A DNA stretch of 64,000 bases from Candidatus Omnitrophota bacterium (lineage in GTDB: Bacteria; Omnitrophota; Gorgyraeia; Duberdicusellales; 4484-171): contig PMCS01000029.1 of the NCBI GenBank assembly GCA_003154195.1, forward strand, positions 24,142 through 88,141. The letters run 5' to 3'. Under the pieces are notes generated by a model that was not told where the DNA came from, did no database searches, and worked only from the letters and a program-made list of their open reading frames with translations. A program made the translations under genes and the position numbers. Each line of letters starts with the position of its first letter. Within the stretch, counting starts at the first letter, position 1. Shown one piece after another: positions 28,666 through 38,858 of this stretch.

Positions 28666-30327
28666 TCACCCTTGCGCCTGGGCGAACATCTCCTGGGCAT
28701 GTTTAAGCGATACTCCGCTTTCGTGGCTGCCGCCCATCATCTGGGCTAATTCTTTTATCCTGGCTTCGCCGTTCAACGCTTCGATTCCGGTAACGGTGCG
28801 ACCGGCCTTAACCTTTTTAAATACTTTGTAATGAACGCCGGCAAAAGAAGCGATTTGCGCCAAATGGGTGATTACTAAAACCTGCCGGACACGGCTTAAC
28901 TCTTTTAGTTTCCCCCCGGTAACCAGTCCAAGCCGGCCGCCGATCTGGGCGTCGATTTCGTCAAAAATCAATACCGGGACAGAATCGGCTTTAATCAAAG
29001 CTTTTTTTAACGCCAACATCACCCTCGCCGATTCGCCCGAGGAAATAATATCCGCCAGAGGCTTTAACGGCTCGCCGGGGTTAGGGCTGATATAAAATTC
29101 CACGTCATCGAAACCGTCATCTTTAAAATCGGCCCGCGTCATCCGGCAATCAAACAAAACTTTCGTAAAACCGAGTTCGAGCAACTCTTTTTCGATGGTT
29201 TTTTTCAGAATCTTGGCGGCTTTGGCGCGCTTATCGCTAAGCTGGCCGGCAATCGCGGTCAGCTTTTCTTCTAATTGGGCGATGTCGTCACGAATTTGGC
29301 GGTCGTTATGTTCGAAATCGTTTAAAAAATAGAAGCGTTCCCGGGCTTTCTGGAAAAATAACGCCGCGTCTTCGATTTTCGGGCCGAATTTACGCAGAGC
29401 ATCGGCGTAGCTATCGCATAGTTCATTGATCTTAGCGGCGCGCTCCGGATCAAACTCTAAACTATTTATATACTCCTGCAATTTGTTCAATACGCTGTCG
29501 GCTGCTTCCTGCGCCGCGCCGAGTTCCTGCGACAGCGAAGCAGTCGATTCGTCGATGCGGTTAAGTTTTTTCATCAACGCCGAAACCTTCATCAGGCCGG
29601 CAGTAACCGAGATATCGCCTTCCTGGAGAAGATTAATCATCTCACCCACGCAGCCGCTTAATTCCTGCGTATTATTTATACGCGCCTGCTGGGAAAGATA
29701 TTCTTCATATCTGGCGGGATTCAACTCTAAGGGTGATAATTCTTTGATCTGGTGGCCAAGCAGGTCGAGTTCGCGTTCGCGCGTTCGCGCGTCATTTTGC
29801 ATCCCGGCCAGTTTAGCTTTTAAAACGGTGCGCCGGGAAAAAATATCTTTGTATTCGGCAAGCAATCCGTCAATGCCGCTTAAACTATCGAGCATGCCGA
29901 TATGAGATTCTTGGGAAAGTAATGCCTGGTGGTCGTGAGGGCCGTGGAAATCTACCAGTTTATCGCCGATGGCTTTAAGTTGAGCCAGCGTAACCGCCAG
30001 GCCGTTGATTTTAATCTTCCCTTTACCATCGGCAGTAAAAATACGGTTGATCATCAACTCATTCTCCGCGGTCAAAAACTCTCTGACGTTTTCGTTGGCA
30101 TTCAGAAAATCGGCGGATAGTTGGAAAACCGCTTCCAGCACGCAAGGGACAGACGTATCGCGCACCTGCGAAGAATCGATACGCTCGCCTAAGGCGATAC
30201 GCAGCGCGTCGATGATAATCGACTTACCCGCGCCGGTCTCCCCGCTGATCGCGTTAAAACCGGATTCAAAATCAACGGACAAGTCTTCAATCAGAGCGAA
30301 ATTTTTAATCGTAATCGAAGTAAGCAT
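28666..30327 (-). CDS. recN: DNA repair protein RecN
   Basis: GETGAGKS, SSGE, FDEID, ITH. Confidence 0.96.
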   Translation of the reverse strand: MLTSITIKNFALIEDLSVDFESGFNAISGETGAGKSIIIDALRIALGERIDSSQVRDTSVPCVLEAVFQLSADFLNANENVREFLTAENELMINRIFTADGKGKIKINGLAVTLAQLKAIGDKLVDFHGPHDHQALLSQESHIGMLDSLSGIDGLLAEYKDIFSRRTVLKAKLAGMQNDARTRERELDLLGHQIKELSPLELNPARYEEYLSQQARINNTQELSGCVGEMINLLQEGDISVTAGLMKVSALMKKLNRIDESTASLSQELGAAQEAADSVLNKLQEYINSLEFDPERAAKINELCDSYADALRKFGPKIEDAALFFQKARERFYFLNDFEHNDRQIRDDIAQLEEKLTAIAGQLSDKRAKAAKILKKTIEKELLELGFTKVLFDCRMTRADFKDDGFDDVEFYISPNPGEPLKPLADIISSGESARVMLALKKALIKADSVPVLIFDEIDAQIGGRLGLVTGGKLKELSRVRQVLVITHLAQIASFAGVHYKVFKKVKAGRTVTGIEALNGEARIKELAQMMGGSHESGVSLKHAQEMFAQAQG

Positions 30328-30341
30328 AGCTAAATCTCTAT

Positions 30342-31163
30342 TCACTTCAATTGTCCTTGCGTCACATAGGAAACGATATGGGTGGAACCCAGGCCGGTTT
30401 CCAGGCCTTCATATTTAATCCATTGATAAGGCGGCTCCTGGCGGTACCAGAGATAAGTCGGCGGCACGATTAATTTGGAAAGGCCGGTTAACAGCCCTAA
30501 ATTGGGGATTATTCTTATTTTTACCGCGCTGATGACCTTACCGTCGTCCAATTTTATTTCTTCTACGCCGATTATTTTAATATCGATTTTATAAAGCTCC
30601 GGTTCGTTGGTAACCAGATAAAACCTGCGGTAACTTTTATCGTCCCGGCGCGCGATAAAGGCCGTCAGAAAATATATCATCGTGCTATCGTCGGTCATTT
30701 GCTCTTTTAGCCTAAAAATCTTTTCGCTTATCTTTTTCCCTTTACCATCCAGGGCACGATAGTGTACGGTTCGCTTTTCATAGTCGAAAACTTTGCTATA
30801 TTCGATTATTGTTTTTCCGCCCTCATCTTTAATCACGCGGCGCGACTCGATAAGATACAATAAACCTTCTTTTTCTTCCATCCGCGCCTGAATATTCCAG
30901 CTTATATTTTCATATTTATCGTAATTACCTTTGCCCTGTTCCGTCATGTCGTAGAATACCCGGCCGCCTTCTTCCCGCCGCGAAAAAGACGATTCGAATT
31001 CAGAGCGCGGGGCTGAATCTTTCTTGTAAACATAAACGCCTCTTACGGTATGCCGGGTATCCCCTGGGACGGAGGCTTGCACGCCCGGAGCTGACGGAAC
31101 AGCAAACACCGCCGCCACAAAGAACAATACCATCAATTTTAACGATAAAGAATGCTGGTTCAT
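30342..31163 (-). CDS. Hypothetical exported protein
   Basis: Signal peptide; possibly DUF3108-like. Confidence 0.7.
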   Translation of the reverse strand: MNQHSLSLKLMVLFFVAAVFAVPSAPGVQASVPGDTRHTVRGVYVYKKDSAPRSEFESSFSRREEGGRVFYDMTEQGKGNYDKYENISWNIQARMEEKEGLLYLIESRRVIKDEGGKTIIEYSKVFDYEKRTVHYRALDGKGKKISEKIFRLKEQMTDDSTMIYFLTAFIARRDDKSYRRFYLVTNEPELYKIDIKIIGVEEIKLDDGKVISAVKIRIIPNLGLLTGLSKLIVPPTYLWYRQEPPYQWIKYEGLETGLGSTHIVSYVTQGQLK

Positions 31164-31190
31164 ATCGGTTACGGATAGAAAATCGGTAAT

Positions 31191-31610
31191 TTATTCAGAA
31201 ACGCAGTTGTTTCCTTCGTGGTGCCAGCTTTCGACGGTACCGTTGGTATTTATTACAAAACTGGTCTTGCAGTATAATTTGTATTGCTCGACCGGCGAAG
31301 TCTGCGTCACATACTGGGTGGATATCCCGCTGTATGGTTTATCGCCGATAACGCCGGAGTGAGAGACTGTCCGCTCCTCCACAAAGGTATCGCCGCCGGT
31401 TTGAACCAAATCTTTACGCGCGTATTCCACCGCTTTTTTACCACTATCCAAGCGGTATTCCTTGCGCGGAACGCCCCAGGAAGCTATCAAAGAACCTTCG
31501 CTTTGGCCGATAAAAGTATTCAAGCGCGCTTCGTATTTTGCGACCGTCGCGCAACCGCTTGATAAAAGAATCATAGCGGCAAAAATAAATACCAATTGCC
31601 TTTTATTCAT
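31191..31610 (-). CDS. Hypothetical lipoprotein
   Basis: SSGC lipobox; WGVP motif; start reassigned to ATG 31610. Confidence 0.72.
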   Translation of the reverse strand: MNKRQLVFIFAAMILLSSGCATVAKYEARLNTFIGQSEGSLIASWGVPRKEYRLDSGKKAVEYARKDLVQTGGDTFVEERTVSHSGVIGDKPYSGISTQYVTQTSPVEQYKLYCKTSFVINTNGTVESWHHEGNNCVSE

Positions 31611-31626
31611 TAACCGCACCATATTT

Positions 31627-31702
31627 AGTGTCAAAGCGTCAGAGCGTCAAGGTGTCGGAGGGATTTAACTTTGACACTTTGATACTATGACACTCTGACA
31701 CT
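31627..31702. repeat. Family F 8-mer palindrome
   Basis: (AGYGTCAR)n...(YTGACACT)n; also at 39280 and 45129. Confidence 0.9.
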
Positions 31703-31722
31703 ATTAATAATCTTACCTTTTT

Positions 31723-32829
31723 TCAGCGAGGGCCGTCCAACTCTCCGAATATCTCCATGGTTTTCCGGGCCGCTTCTGACCAGCTGAACTCATTAACCCG
31801 CCCAAGCGCGCGCTGTTTTAATAATTTTTTTAAATGCTCGTCTTTAATGATCCGCAGCATTGCCCAGGCGATGGCCGGATAACTATAAGGATCTACCAGC
31901 ATCGCGGCTTCGGCGGCGATTTCCGCGGTCGAAGAAACGTTGGAAGTAACCACCGGCAGGCCGAAGGAGAAAGCTTCTAAGATGGGCAGACCCGCTCCTT
32001 CGTAAAAAGAAGGGTAAACAAACATCTCCGCTCTCGTGTACAAACTTTTAAGCTCGCTGCGGCTTACGTAACCGGTAAAAATTATTTCTTTTTCCAATTC
32101 CCGATCTTTAACCAGAGAAAAAATATCTTCGCACCCCCAGCCTTTCATCCCGCAAACGACCAGCCGATGCGCGACTTTAAAATCTTTTTTCAAGATTCCG
32201 AATGCCCTGATCAGCCCTTCAACGTTTTTTCTCGGCTCGATCGTCCCCACATATAAAATATAGGGCAGAGTGACTTTAAGTTTTTTGTTTAATTCTTTTT
32301 CGCTTAAAATTTTTATTTTCGCCGCCGCGATATCGGTGTTTACTCCCGGATAGACCAGCCTGATCTTAGCCTTATCGACTTCATAGAAACGCGCCAGATC
32401 CTTCGCCGTAGTCTGCGAATCGACGATTATCCTGTCCGCGAGCGGCAAAACTTTTTTTAGGCTTTCGTCAATATCCTTAACCGTCTTCATGGCATGAGCC
32501 AGCGGATAAGCTTTTTGAATAACATCATGGACGACCAGGACCAGCCGGCATTGCTGCGGTTTGGATAAATCATAGCTGGAGGTGTGCAGAACGTGCGCTT
32601 TTTTGAGTAAGGCGGCGGGATTTGTCTTAAACCGGTTTACCAGATGCGTAAAATTCTTCGCGGGCAATTTCGGCAGTTTCTTATCGCGGCTGAAAATTCC
32701 TTTTTGGCTGTAAAGAAAATAATTATCTTTTTTGTCGGCCTCCGCTAAATGTTGGATTAAATTAAGCGTATAATAGCCGATGCCGGTTTTCTGCTTCAAG
32801 GTCGAGCGGATATCGATGGCAATATTCAT
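31723..32829 (-). CDS. GT4 glycosyltransferase
   Basis: GTIEPRKN, PSFYEGAGLPILEA. Confidence 0.93.
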   Translation of the reverse strand: MNIAIDIRSTLKQKTGIGYYTLNLIQHLAEADKKDNYFLYSQKGIFSRDKKLPKLPAKNFTHLVNRFKTNPAALLKKAHVLHTSSYDLSKPQQCRLVLVVHDVIQKAYPLAHAMKTVKDIDESLKKVLPLADRIIVDSQTTAKDLARFYEVDKAKIRLVYPGVNTDIAAAKIKILSEKELNKKLKVTLPYILYVGTIEPRKNVEGLIRAFGILKKDFKVAHRLVVCGMKGWGCEDIFSLVKDRELEKEIIFTGYVSRSELKSLYTRAEMFVYPSFYEGAGLPILEAFSFGLPVVTSNVSSTAEIAAEAAMLVDPYSYPAIAWAMLRIIKDEHLKKLLKQRALGRVNEFSWSEAARKTMEIFGELDGPR

Positions 32830-32932
32830 ATTTATTTTTTGCAGGGTTTATTTTAAATCACGGTAATCAAACTCACATGGTTTCTTCGGGACGAACTAAT
32901 TAGTTTTCGTTGAAGGTCTTTTTCAGCGAAAA

Positions 32933-33691
32933 CTAATTAGCGTGCCTTATCGTTATTAATCCTATGTTAGTATAAATTTTAGCGGTCAAAATTATTTTTT
33001 TTGGTTTATCGAGAATCCAGAGTTCAAATTTCGAAGAATGGCGTAAGCTTTTATCGCGCCGCGCCACGCTGCCTTTCAGCAAATATACATCAAAAATATT
33101 TTTTCCGATTTGAAGCTGACGTTTTTCCATAACGTTGGCCAAAAGCCGGTAATTTTTTTGGCTGGTATTAATATTCATATCAAAAGCCTTCCCCAGCGTT
33201 AAATCCTGGTTCATTATGCGCAACATCGCCGAAAGGGGATCGTAAGTATTGGGCAAAATTACTCTTTTTTTATTATTTATCTCCATAACCTGGTTTTTCT
33301 GGTCATAAAGAATTATCTTTTCGTCTTTGGTTTTTCCCGAAATAATCAATTCCTGCCGGAATTTCAACGGGCACAACGAATGCCGGTCAATAAAACTATC
33401 GGCGTTGGCGGTTATTTTATAAAAATAATCGGCTAATTTATTAGGTTTAACCCGCGCACTTAAATGGTAGACTCGATCGGGCCCGAAATCTTCCAGCCCT
33501 TTATTTATAATAACCGCTTCGCCTAAAGATATAAAACCTGCGTAGCTGATTTTAAACGTTATCGTTGCCGGATTGCCGCCGGGGCCAAGCTTGCTTAAAA
33601 TAACCCTCAAATCATTGGCGTATGTCCCGGCTACGAAGCCAGCGATTATTGCCACAATAAGTAATACCGCTAGCAACTTGATAATTTTCAC
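32933..33691 (-). CDS. DUF3108-like exported protein
   Basis: Signal/TM segment; YDPLSA motif. Confidence 0.7.
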   Translation of the reverse strand: MKIIKLLAVLLIVAIIAGFVAGTYANDLRVILSKLGPGGNPATITFKISYAGFISLGEAVIINKGLEDFGPDRVYHLSARVKPNKLADYFYKITANADSFIDRHSLCPLKFRQELIISGKTKDEKIILYDQKNQVMEINNKKRVILPNTYDPLSAMLRIMNQDLTLGKAFDMNINTSQKNYRLLANVMEKRQLQIGKNIFDVYLLKGSVARRDKSLRHSSKFELWILDKPKKIILTAKIYTNIGLITIRHAN

Positions 33692-33766
33692 CTGTTTACC
33701 TCCTTATTAAGCTATATCTCATTGCCGTCATTTTAACCCAAAAAATGAATTTTACCAAATGCATTT

Positions 33767-34438
33767 TTATTCAGGCTTCTTCATAACCATAAAAGTAGCC
33801 GCCAAAATAAAAATAATATAGAAGACTTCTAAACCAAGAAAAAAGGGATGCGCTAAAAAATAATAATTAATTTTTTCGAGCGACAAACATCTTACCGCCG
33901 CAAGAGGCCACTGGTGCCAAAGAATCCTGGGAAAAGACGCCAAAAGAACCGCCGCTAAATATTTTTTGAAAGAAAAGGCGCTTAACCCAAACCCGACATC
34001 CAAGACACGGAAAGGGATCAAAGGATTGGCGCGCAGTACCAATGCGGCCGGCCAATTTAAATTCCCGGCTTTTTCATAGATATTTTTAAATCTTGTCCCG
34101 ATTTTTTCCTGGACGAAATCGCGGCCCAAATTTCTGCTTAACTTAAAAAAAATACAGGCATTTACGCTTTCGGAAAGAAAAATAAGAAAAGTACTGAAAA
34201 TACCGCCGAATAATAGCGCGCCGACGATCTTCAGCGCGTCTTTCAGTCCCCAGATAAAAAATGTGCCGGCGATGTACAAGAGGACAAATACCGCGGCGGC
34301 CGGGCCGAGCGGTATTTTTTTAAGAAACTCGTCGACTTTCTGCGTATCTACCCGCAAAAGGATACCGGCAATAACGATAGCGGTGATAAAAAAAACAAAC
34401 CATGAAAATCGGCGCAACGAACCGGAAATTTTATCCAT
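33767..34438 (-). CDS. DedA/VTT (TVP38) family membrane protein
   Basis: SRNLGR, LRANPLIPF motifs. Confidence 0.85.
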   Translation of the reverse strand: MDKISGSLRRFSWFVFFITAIVIAGILLRVDTQKVDEFLKKIPLGPAAAVFVLLYIAGTFFIWGLKDALKIVGALLFGGIFSTFLIFLSESVNACIFFKLSRNLGRDFVQEKIGTRFKNIYEKAGNLNWPAALVLRANPLIPFRVLDVGFGLSAFSFKKYLAAVLLASFPRILWHQWPLAAVRCLSLEKINYYFLAHPFFLGLEVFYIIFILAATFMVMKKPE

Positions 34439-34470
34439 AAAATTATGAATTGTAAATTCCCTTCGGTTAT

Positions 34471-34622
34471 TTTAGCCACGGATTAACACTGATTATCACG
34501 GATAAACAATGTATTTGTTAAGTTCTTTGAATAAAATTTAAAAACTAAGCATGTTGTTTTTAAATTCTAAAGTATGTTTTTATTCAAATCCGTGTTTCAT
34601 CCGTGTCAATCAGTGGCTAAAA
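34471..34622. repeat. Family G palindrome
   Basis: TTAGCCACGGATTAACACTGATT...AATCCGTG...AATCAGTGGCTAA. Confidence 0.88.
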
Positions 34623-34673
34623 ATGAAGCTCCACAGCCTCACCGCCGCGGTATCTTCTATTTAAGGATTCCGC

Positions 34674-35717
34674 TTAAGTGGAGCGGAATCCCTGGTTTGG
34701 CTTTTCAAATTTTGCCTTCAACTGGCCGCAGGCGGCGTTGATATCGCCCCCGCGGGATTTGCGCAGAAAATAGAAAATACCGCGCTTTTTTAATTCCTGC
34801 GTAAACTCAACAATCGCTTCATCGGGGGACGGCTCAAACCCTTCAAAAGAACTATTACAATTGATAAGGTTGACTTTCGCGTCGAACCCTTTGATGAGTT
34901 TGCCTAACGCCGCGGCGTCCCGGAGTGAATCATTAAATCCTTTAATCAACGCGTATTCGAACATAACGGAGCGTTTTTGCCCCAGGGAAAATTCTTTCAC
35001 CACGGCGATAAGTTCTTTCAGGGGGTATTTTTTATTAACCGGCATGATTTTTGTCCGCGTGCCGTCTTCGGCGGCATGCAAAGAAACAGATAATTTTACT
35101 CCTAAACTCGCGGCAGCAAACTCTCTGATCCCGGGAATAATCCCCGAGGTAGAAACGCAAATTTTATTCTTGCCGAACCCTAACCCTTTGGGTTCCAAAA
35201 ATATTTGGATTGCCTTAATAAGATTGGGCAAATTATCCAGCGGTTCGCCAATCCCCATAAAAACAATATTGGTGACCTTCGAGTTTAAATCTTTGCTCAC
35301 GGATAAATACTGATTTATAATTTCGCTTGCGGCAAGATTTCTCTGGAAACCATCCCGGCCGCTGGCGCAAAATTTGCAAGCATATTTACACCCGACTTGA
35401 GTAGAAAGGCAGAGCGTAAATCTTTCTCTTTCGGGGATATACACCGATTCGATTGCCGCGCCGTCACTAAGCCCAAATAAAAATTTAACCGTCCCGTCGG
35501 ATGATTCCTCTTTTTTCAATGATTTAAGCCTGGGGAAGAAAAAATTATCTTCTAAAAATTTGCGGGCGTCTTTAGAAACATTGGTCATCAAAATAAAGTC
35601 TTCGAGACGCCTTCGGTAAATCCAATTAAAAACCTGTTGGGCCAGAAAACGAGGGTAATCAGCGGCCTGGCAAAATTTTGTTAACTCTTCTAAGGTATAG
35701 TTATAGATATCTTCCAT
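34674..35717 (-). CDS. rlmN: 23S rRNA m2A2503 / tRNA methyltransferase RlmN
   Basis: STQVGCKYACKFC, MGIGEP, AACGQL. Confidence 0.97.
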   Translation of the reverse strand: MEDIYNYTLEELTKFCQAADYPRFLAQQVFNWIYRRRLEDFILMTNVSKDARKFLEDNFFFPRLKSLKKEESSDGTVKFLFGLSDGAAIESVYIPERERFTLCLSTQVGCKYACKFCASGRDGFQRNLAASEIINQYLSVSKDLNSKVTNIVFMGIGEPLDNLPNLIKAIQIFLEPKGLGFGKNKICVSTSGIIPGIREFAAASLGVKLSVSLHAAEDGTRTKIMPVNKKYPLKELIAVVKEFSLGQKRSVMFEYALIKGFNDSLRDAAALGKLIKGFDAKVNLINCNSSFEGFEPSPDEAIVEFTQELKKRGIFYFLRKSRGGDINAACGQLKAKFEKPNQGFRST

Positions 35718-35731
35718 TCATCCCAGGTTAA

Positions 35732-35828
35732 TTAATGAGACTTCACCGATAATGAAACTTGCCAGGTATTCCGGGCTTAGTTGGATTATCAAACCCAAAG
35801 GGCGCAGATTGAGGCGGTAGTCGAATTA
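35732..35828 (+). repeat. Family A element followed by further hairpin modules
   Basis: TAATGAGACTT...GTAGTCGAATTA. Confidence 0.88.
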
Positions 35829-35948
35829 CCCAGCACTAATTTTGTTACGACAAAATTAGTGCTGGGTAATACTAGGCCCACCGACGAAGTCGGTGATAAT
35901 TCACTTTTACAGCTGGCCGGCGATCCTGCCGGCGCCCCGCCGAAAAAA

Positions 35949-36446
35949 TTAAAAGGAAAGGTATTTAGGAGTGTTATCTTCCAGATTAATCAGCTCCGCG
36001 CGGGAAGCGCTGATATTAGCCACTCGATAATTGTCAATCTGATCTTTTTCTTTTAGAACTTTCCCGTTGATTATTACCAGAGGAACGGCGCCGTTATTAT
36101 CGTAGATTATCCCTTCCAGCACATACTTATTAGGCGCGTAGGTTTTATCGGGGACGATGATTCTCTTTGCCGCCGGCTTAGAGCTTCGCGCCGAAGAATT
36201 TTTTTTGTTCGCCGAAGCAAGTTCAGGGCTTAATTTAGCTAAAAGATTGGTTACGGTTTCTTTGCTTACATAACGCCGGCCTAAAAAATAAAGCGCGCCG
36301 CAGATTACCAAAAATAATAAAATTACAATCGCCGCATTTTTACCTTTACCCTGCGGTTTATTATCATTTTTTCCGTTATCCTGATTTTCCTTATCTCCGT
36401 CTTTATCCGGCTTATTTAACGCATCGTAAATTACACTCATACTCAT
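35949..36446 (-). CDS. GspB/ExeB-like protein
   Basis: MSVIYDALNK N-terminus, one TM, LEGIIYD...IING C-domain. Confidence 0.75.
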   Translation of the reverse strand: MSMSVIYDALNKPDKDGDKENQDNGKNDNKPQGKGKNAAIVILLFLVICGALYFLGRRYVSKETVTNLLAKLSPELASANKKNSSARSSKPAAKRIIVPDKTYAPNKYVLEGIIYDNNGAVPLVIINGKVLKEKDQIDNYRVANISASRAELINLEDNTPKYLSF

Positions 36447-36459
36447 CTCCCTTTTACGT

Positions 36460-37278
36460 TCAGTTATTATGCGTTTGGGGAAATTCTAATTCTTCAATGC
36501 ATATCTTAAAAAGTGCGGGGTCGAAAATCTTTTTATCGTGGGCGAACCCGCAAAGCAAAACCCGGTCGCAAAGCATATTAATCAACCGCGGGATGCCGCC
36601 GGAAAACTTATAGATAACATCGTAGCTTTGCGGCATAATTTCTATGGAAGAATCGCCGGCTTTCTTGAGCCGGTGTTCGATATATTTTTTTACTTCTCCC
36701 AACCGTAAGGGAGTAAGGGTATGATGAACACAAATGCGCTGGCGTATCTGGCGCAATGAAAATTGGCTTAACTTATCGTCTAATTCCGGCTGGCCCGCCA
36801 AAACAATTTGTAAAAGCTTGCCCGCGGCCGTTTCTAAATTAGAAAGAAGCCTTATCTGTTCAAGCTGCCTTGCCCCCAAATCCTGGGCCTCGTCAACGAT
36901 GAGAACGGCATTACCGCCGACGCGATTTTGTTCGAGGAGAAAAGAATTCAGGCCTTTGACAATATCGAGCCGGCCTTTGCCTTTAATATTTAAACCAAAA
37001 TCCTCGACAATCGCTTTCAATAATTGCACTTCGCTGAAATAAGGATTCAAAATAAGGGAAGTCTTTACTTCCTGAGGCAAAACATTAAGGAAAGTCTTGC
37101 AAAGCGTGGTTTTTCCCGTCCCCACTTCACCGGTAATCAAGATAAGCCCCTTGCGCTCTTTGACACCGTAGAGCAACGCCGCTAAAGCCTCCTTATGCGA
37201 AGCGCTTTCGAAGAAAAATTGGGGGTCGCTGGTGATGTGAAAGGGAAAATTTTTTAAGCCGTAAAATTCAAGGTACAT
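36460..37278 (-). CDS. ExeA/GspA-like AAA ATPase
   Basis: GEVGTGKT, VDEAQ, GQPEL, GGIPRLIN. Confidence 0.9.
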   Translation of the reverse strand: MYLEFYGLKNFPFHITSDPQFFFESASHKEALAALLYGVKERKGLILITGEVGTGKTTLCKTFLNVLPQEVKTSLILNPYFSEVQLLKAIVEDFGLNIKGKGRLDIVKGLNSFLLEQNRVGGNAVLIVDEAQDLGARQLEQIRLLSNLETAAGKLLQIVLAGQPELDDKLSQFSLRQIRQRICVHHTLTPLRLGEVKKYIEHRLKKAGDSSIEIMPQSYDVIYKFSGGIPRLINMLCDRVLLCGFAHDKKIFDPALFKICIEELEFPQTHNN

Positions 37279-37288
37279 ATTTTAACTT

Positions 37289-37460
37289 GGGTTAGGGTAA
37301 TGGTAACGATGCCTGTATGGGTTATGGCTAAGGTTATGGCTTTATTCAGATTAGCCTTAACCCTTGCCCTAGCCCGAACCGGCTTTCCGCCTTCGCCAAA
37401 GGCTTCGGCGAGACTTCTCCGAAGCTCAAAGAGCGAAGGAGAGCCTAGCCTTAGCCCTGG
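37289..37460. repeat. Family D palindrome with nested insert (37386-37443)
   Basis: Reverse-complement homolog of 12228/43165, interrupted by CCGCCTTCGCCAAAGGCTTCGGCG... Confidence 0.88.
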
Positions 37461-37465
37461 CCGAT

Positions 37466-38857
37466 TTACTTCTGCTTCCCCTGAGCACTCTCCGGCGTAT
37501 TTTCCGACTGAGCCGCAGCAAGAATCCGTTCCGGGGTCACAATCGTCGGCGTGATAAAAATCATCAAGTTTTTCTTGTCGACGGTTTTACTTTTGTGTTT
37601 AAAAAAATACCCTAAAAGCGGAATGTCGCCTAAAAGCGGAACTTTGTTGATAGTATCGATAGTTTTATCACTGATCAACCCGGCGATGACCAATGTATTA
37701 CCGTCTTTAATCATGACTTTCGTAGAAGTACTTTGAGTATTAAGTATCGGTAATTGTACAGTGCCGGAAGTGGAGCTACTCGAAAACGCTACTTCTCCCA
37801 CTTTATCGCTTACCGTCGGTTCGAGCGTAAGCGTAATGAAGCGTTCTTTGTTTATTTGCGGCGTTACCTTAAACGTCACGCCGTAGTTAATTGTGGTAAA
37901 ACCGCTTATCGTAAGAGCCCCCTGTTGTTCGTTATAACTATAGTTGGGCACGGGATAATTGGTAAGCACATTGATACTAGCGACCTGGTTATTCAAGGTA
38001 GTAATTTTAGGCATAGAAATAATCTTAGTATTACTGTCGTTGAAAATAATTTCCAGGGTAGCGGCTAATTGCGAAGCGTCTAAGCTCCCGAATGACCACG
38101 CCCCGGTAGCCCCGGTAGTAGTAGGCACAGCCAAAAAATCGGTAGCCGTTCCCATAAATTTTCCCATCTTTTTGCTGTTGTCGTCTTGTTTAAACGGCCA
38201 TGTCATCGGCCGCTTACTGGCTGAAGCTCCTCCCACGATATTCCAATTAATACCCAGGGTGTTAGTTAATCCTAAGTCGGTTTCGAGGATCTTTGCTTCG
38301 ATTGCAACCTGCGGTGTAATTTCATCGAGCGCTTTTATCGCCTTCTCGATGTTCGGTAAATTGGATTGGACATCGATAACCACTAAAGTATTGGTCCGGG
38401 CATCGGAAATAATCCTGCCCCGGCCGGAAACCATACTCTGAATCGTATTTTTTACATCCTCGACTTTGGCAAAATTCAAACTGAAAACTTTGGAATCAAC
38501 CGGCTCAGCTACTTTCGCTTCGGCGCCTTTTTTACGTTTTTCCGCCAGATTATCCACAGTATCGACTAAAATTATATTTTTCCCCACCCACTCATAGCCG
38601 TAATTGTAAGTTCTCAGCACCGCGTCTAAGGCCGTCTGCCAATCGACATTTTCCAGGTCCACCGTAACCAGCCCCTTTATATCCGGCGCGACCAAAATAT
38701 TGACTTTACTTTCATCCTTAATCGCTTTTTGCGTAATCGCCTGCAAGACGATCCTGATATCGGCATCTTTGAATTTAAGGGTCGAGAGCACCCCTTCCTG
38801 GGCGAAGCTAACGAAACTTACCGCAAGCATCAATGCAAGAACGAATAACTTTCTCAT
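37466..38857 (-). CDS. pilQ: Secretin (PilQ/GspD family)
   Basis: QVAIEAKILE, KVPLLGDIPLLGYFF, IFITPTIV. Confidence 0.92.
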   Translation of the reverse strand: MRKLFVLALMLAVSFVSFAQEGVLSTLKFKDADIRIVLQAITQKAIKDESKVNILVAPDIKGLVTVDLENVDWQTALDAVLRTYNYGYEWVGKNIILVDTVDNLAEKRKKGAEAKVAEPVDSKVFSLNFAKVEDVKNTIQSMVSGRGRIISDARTNTLVVIDVQSNLPNIEKAIKALDEITPQVAIEAKILETDLGLTNTLGINWNIVGGASASKRPMTWPFKQDDNSKKMGKFMGTATDFLAVPTTTGATGAWSFGSLDASQLAATLEIIFNDSNTKIISMPKITTLNNQVASINVLTNYPVPNYSYNEQQGALTISGFTTINYGVTFKVTPQINKERFITLTLEPTVSDKVGEVAFSSSSTSGTVQLPILNTQSTSTKVMIKDGNTLVIAGLISDKTIDTINKVPLLGDIPLLGYFFKHKSKTVDKKNLMIFITPTIVTPERILAAAQSENTPESAQGKQK

Positions 38858-38858
38858 C

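Noticed and set aside
28442-28749. Short plus-strand ORFs
   Set aside because: They lie in a low-complexity, hairpin-rich intergenic stretch or antisense to recN.
35781-36056. 91-aa plus-strand ORF
   Set aside because: Made of family A and hairpin modules plus antisense overlap with the gspB-like gene.
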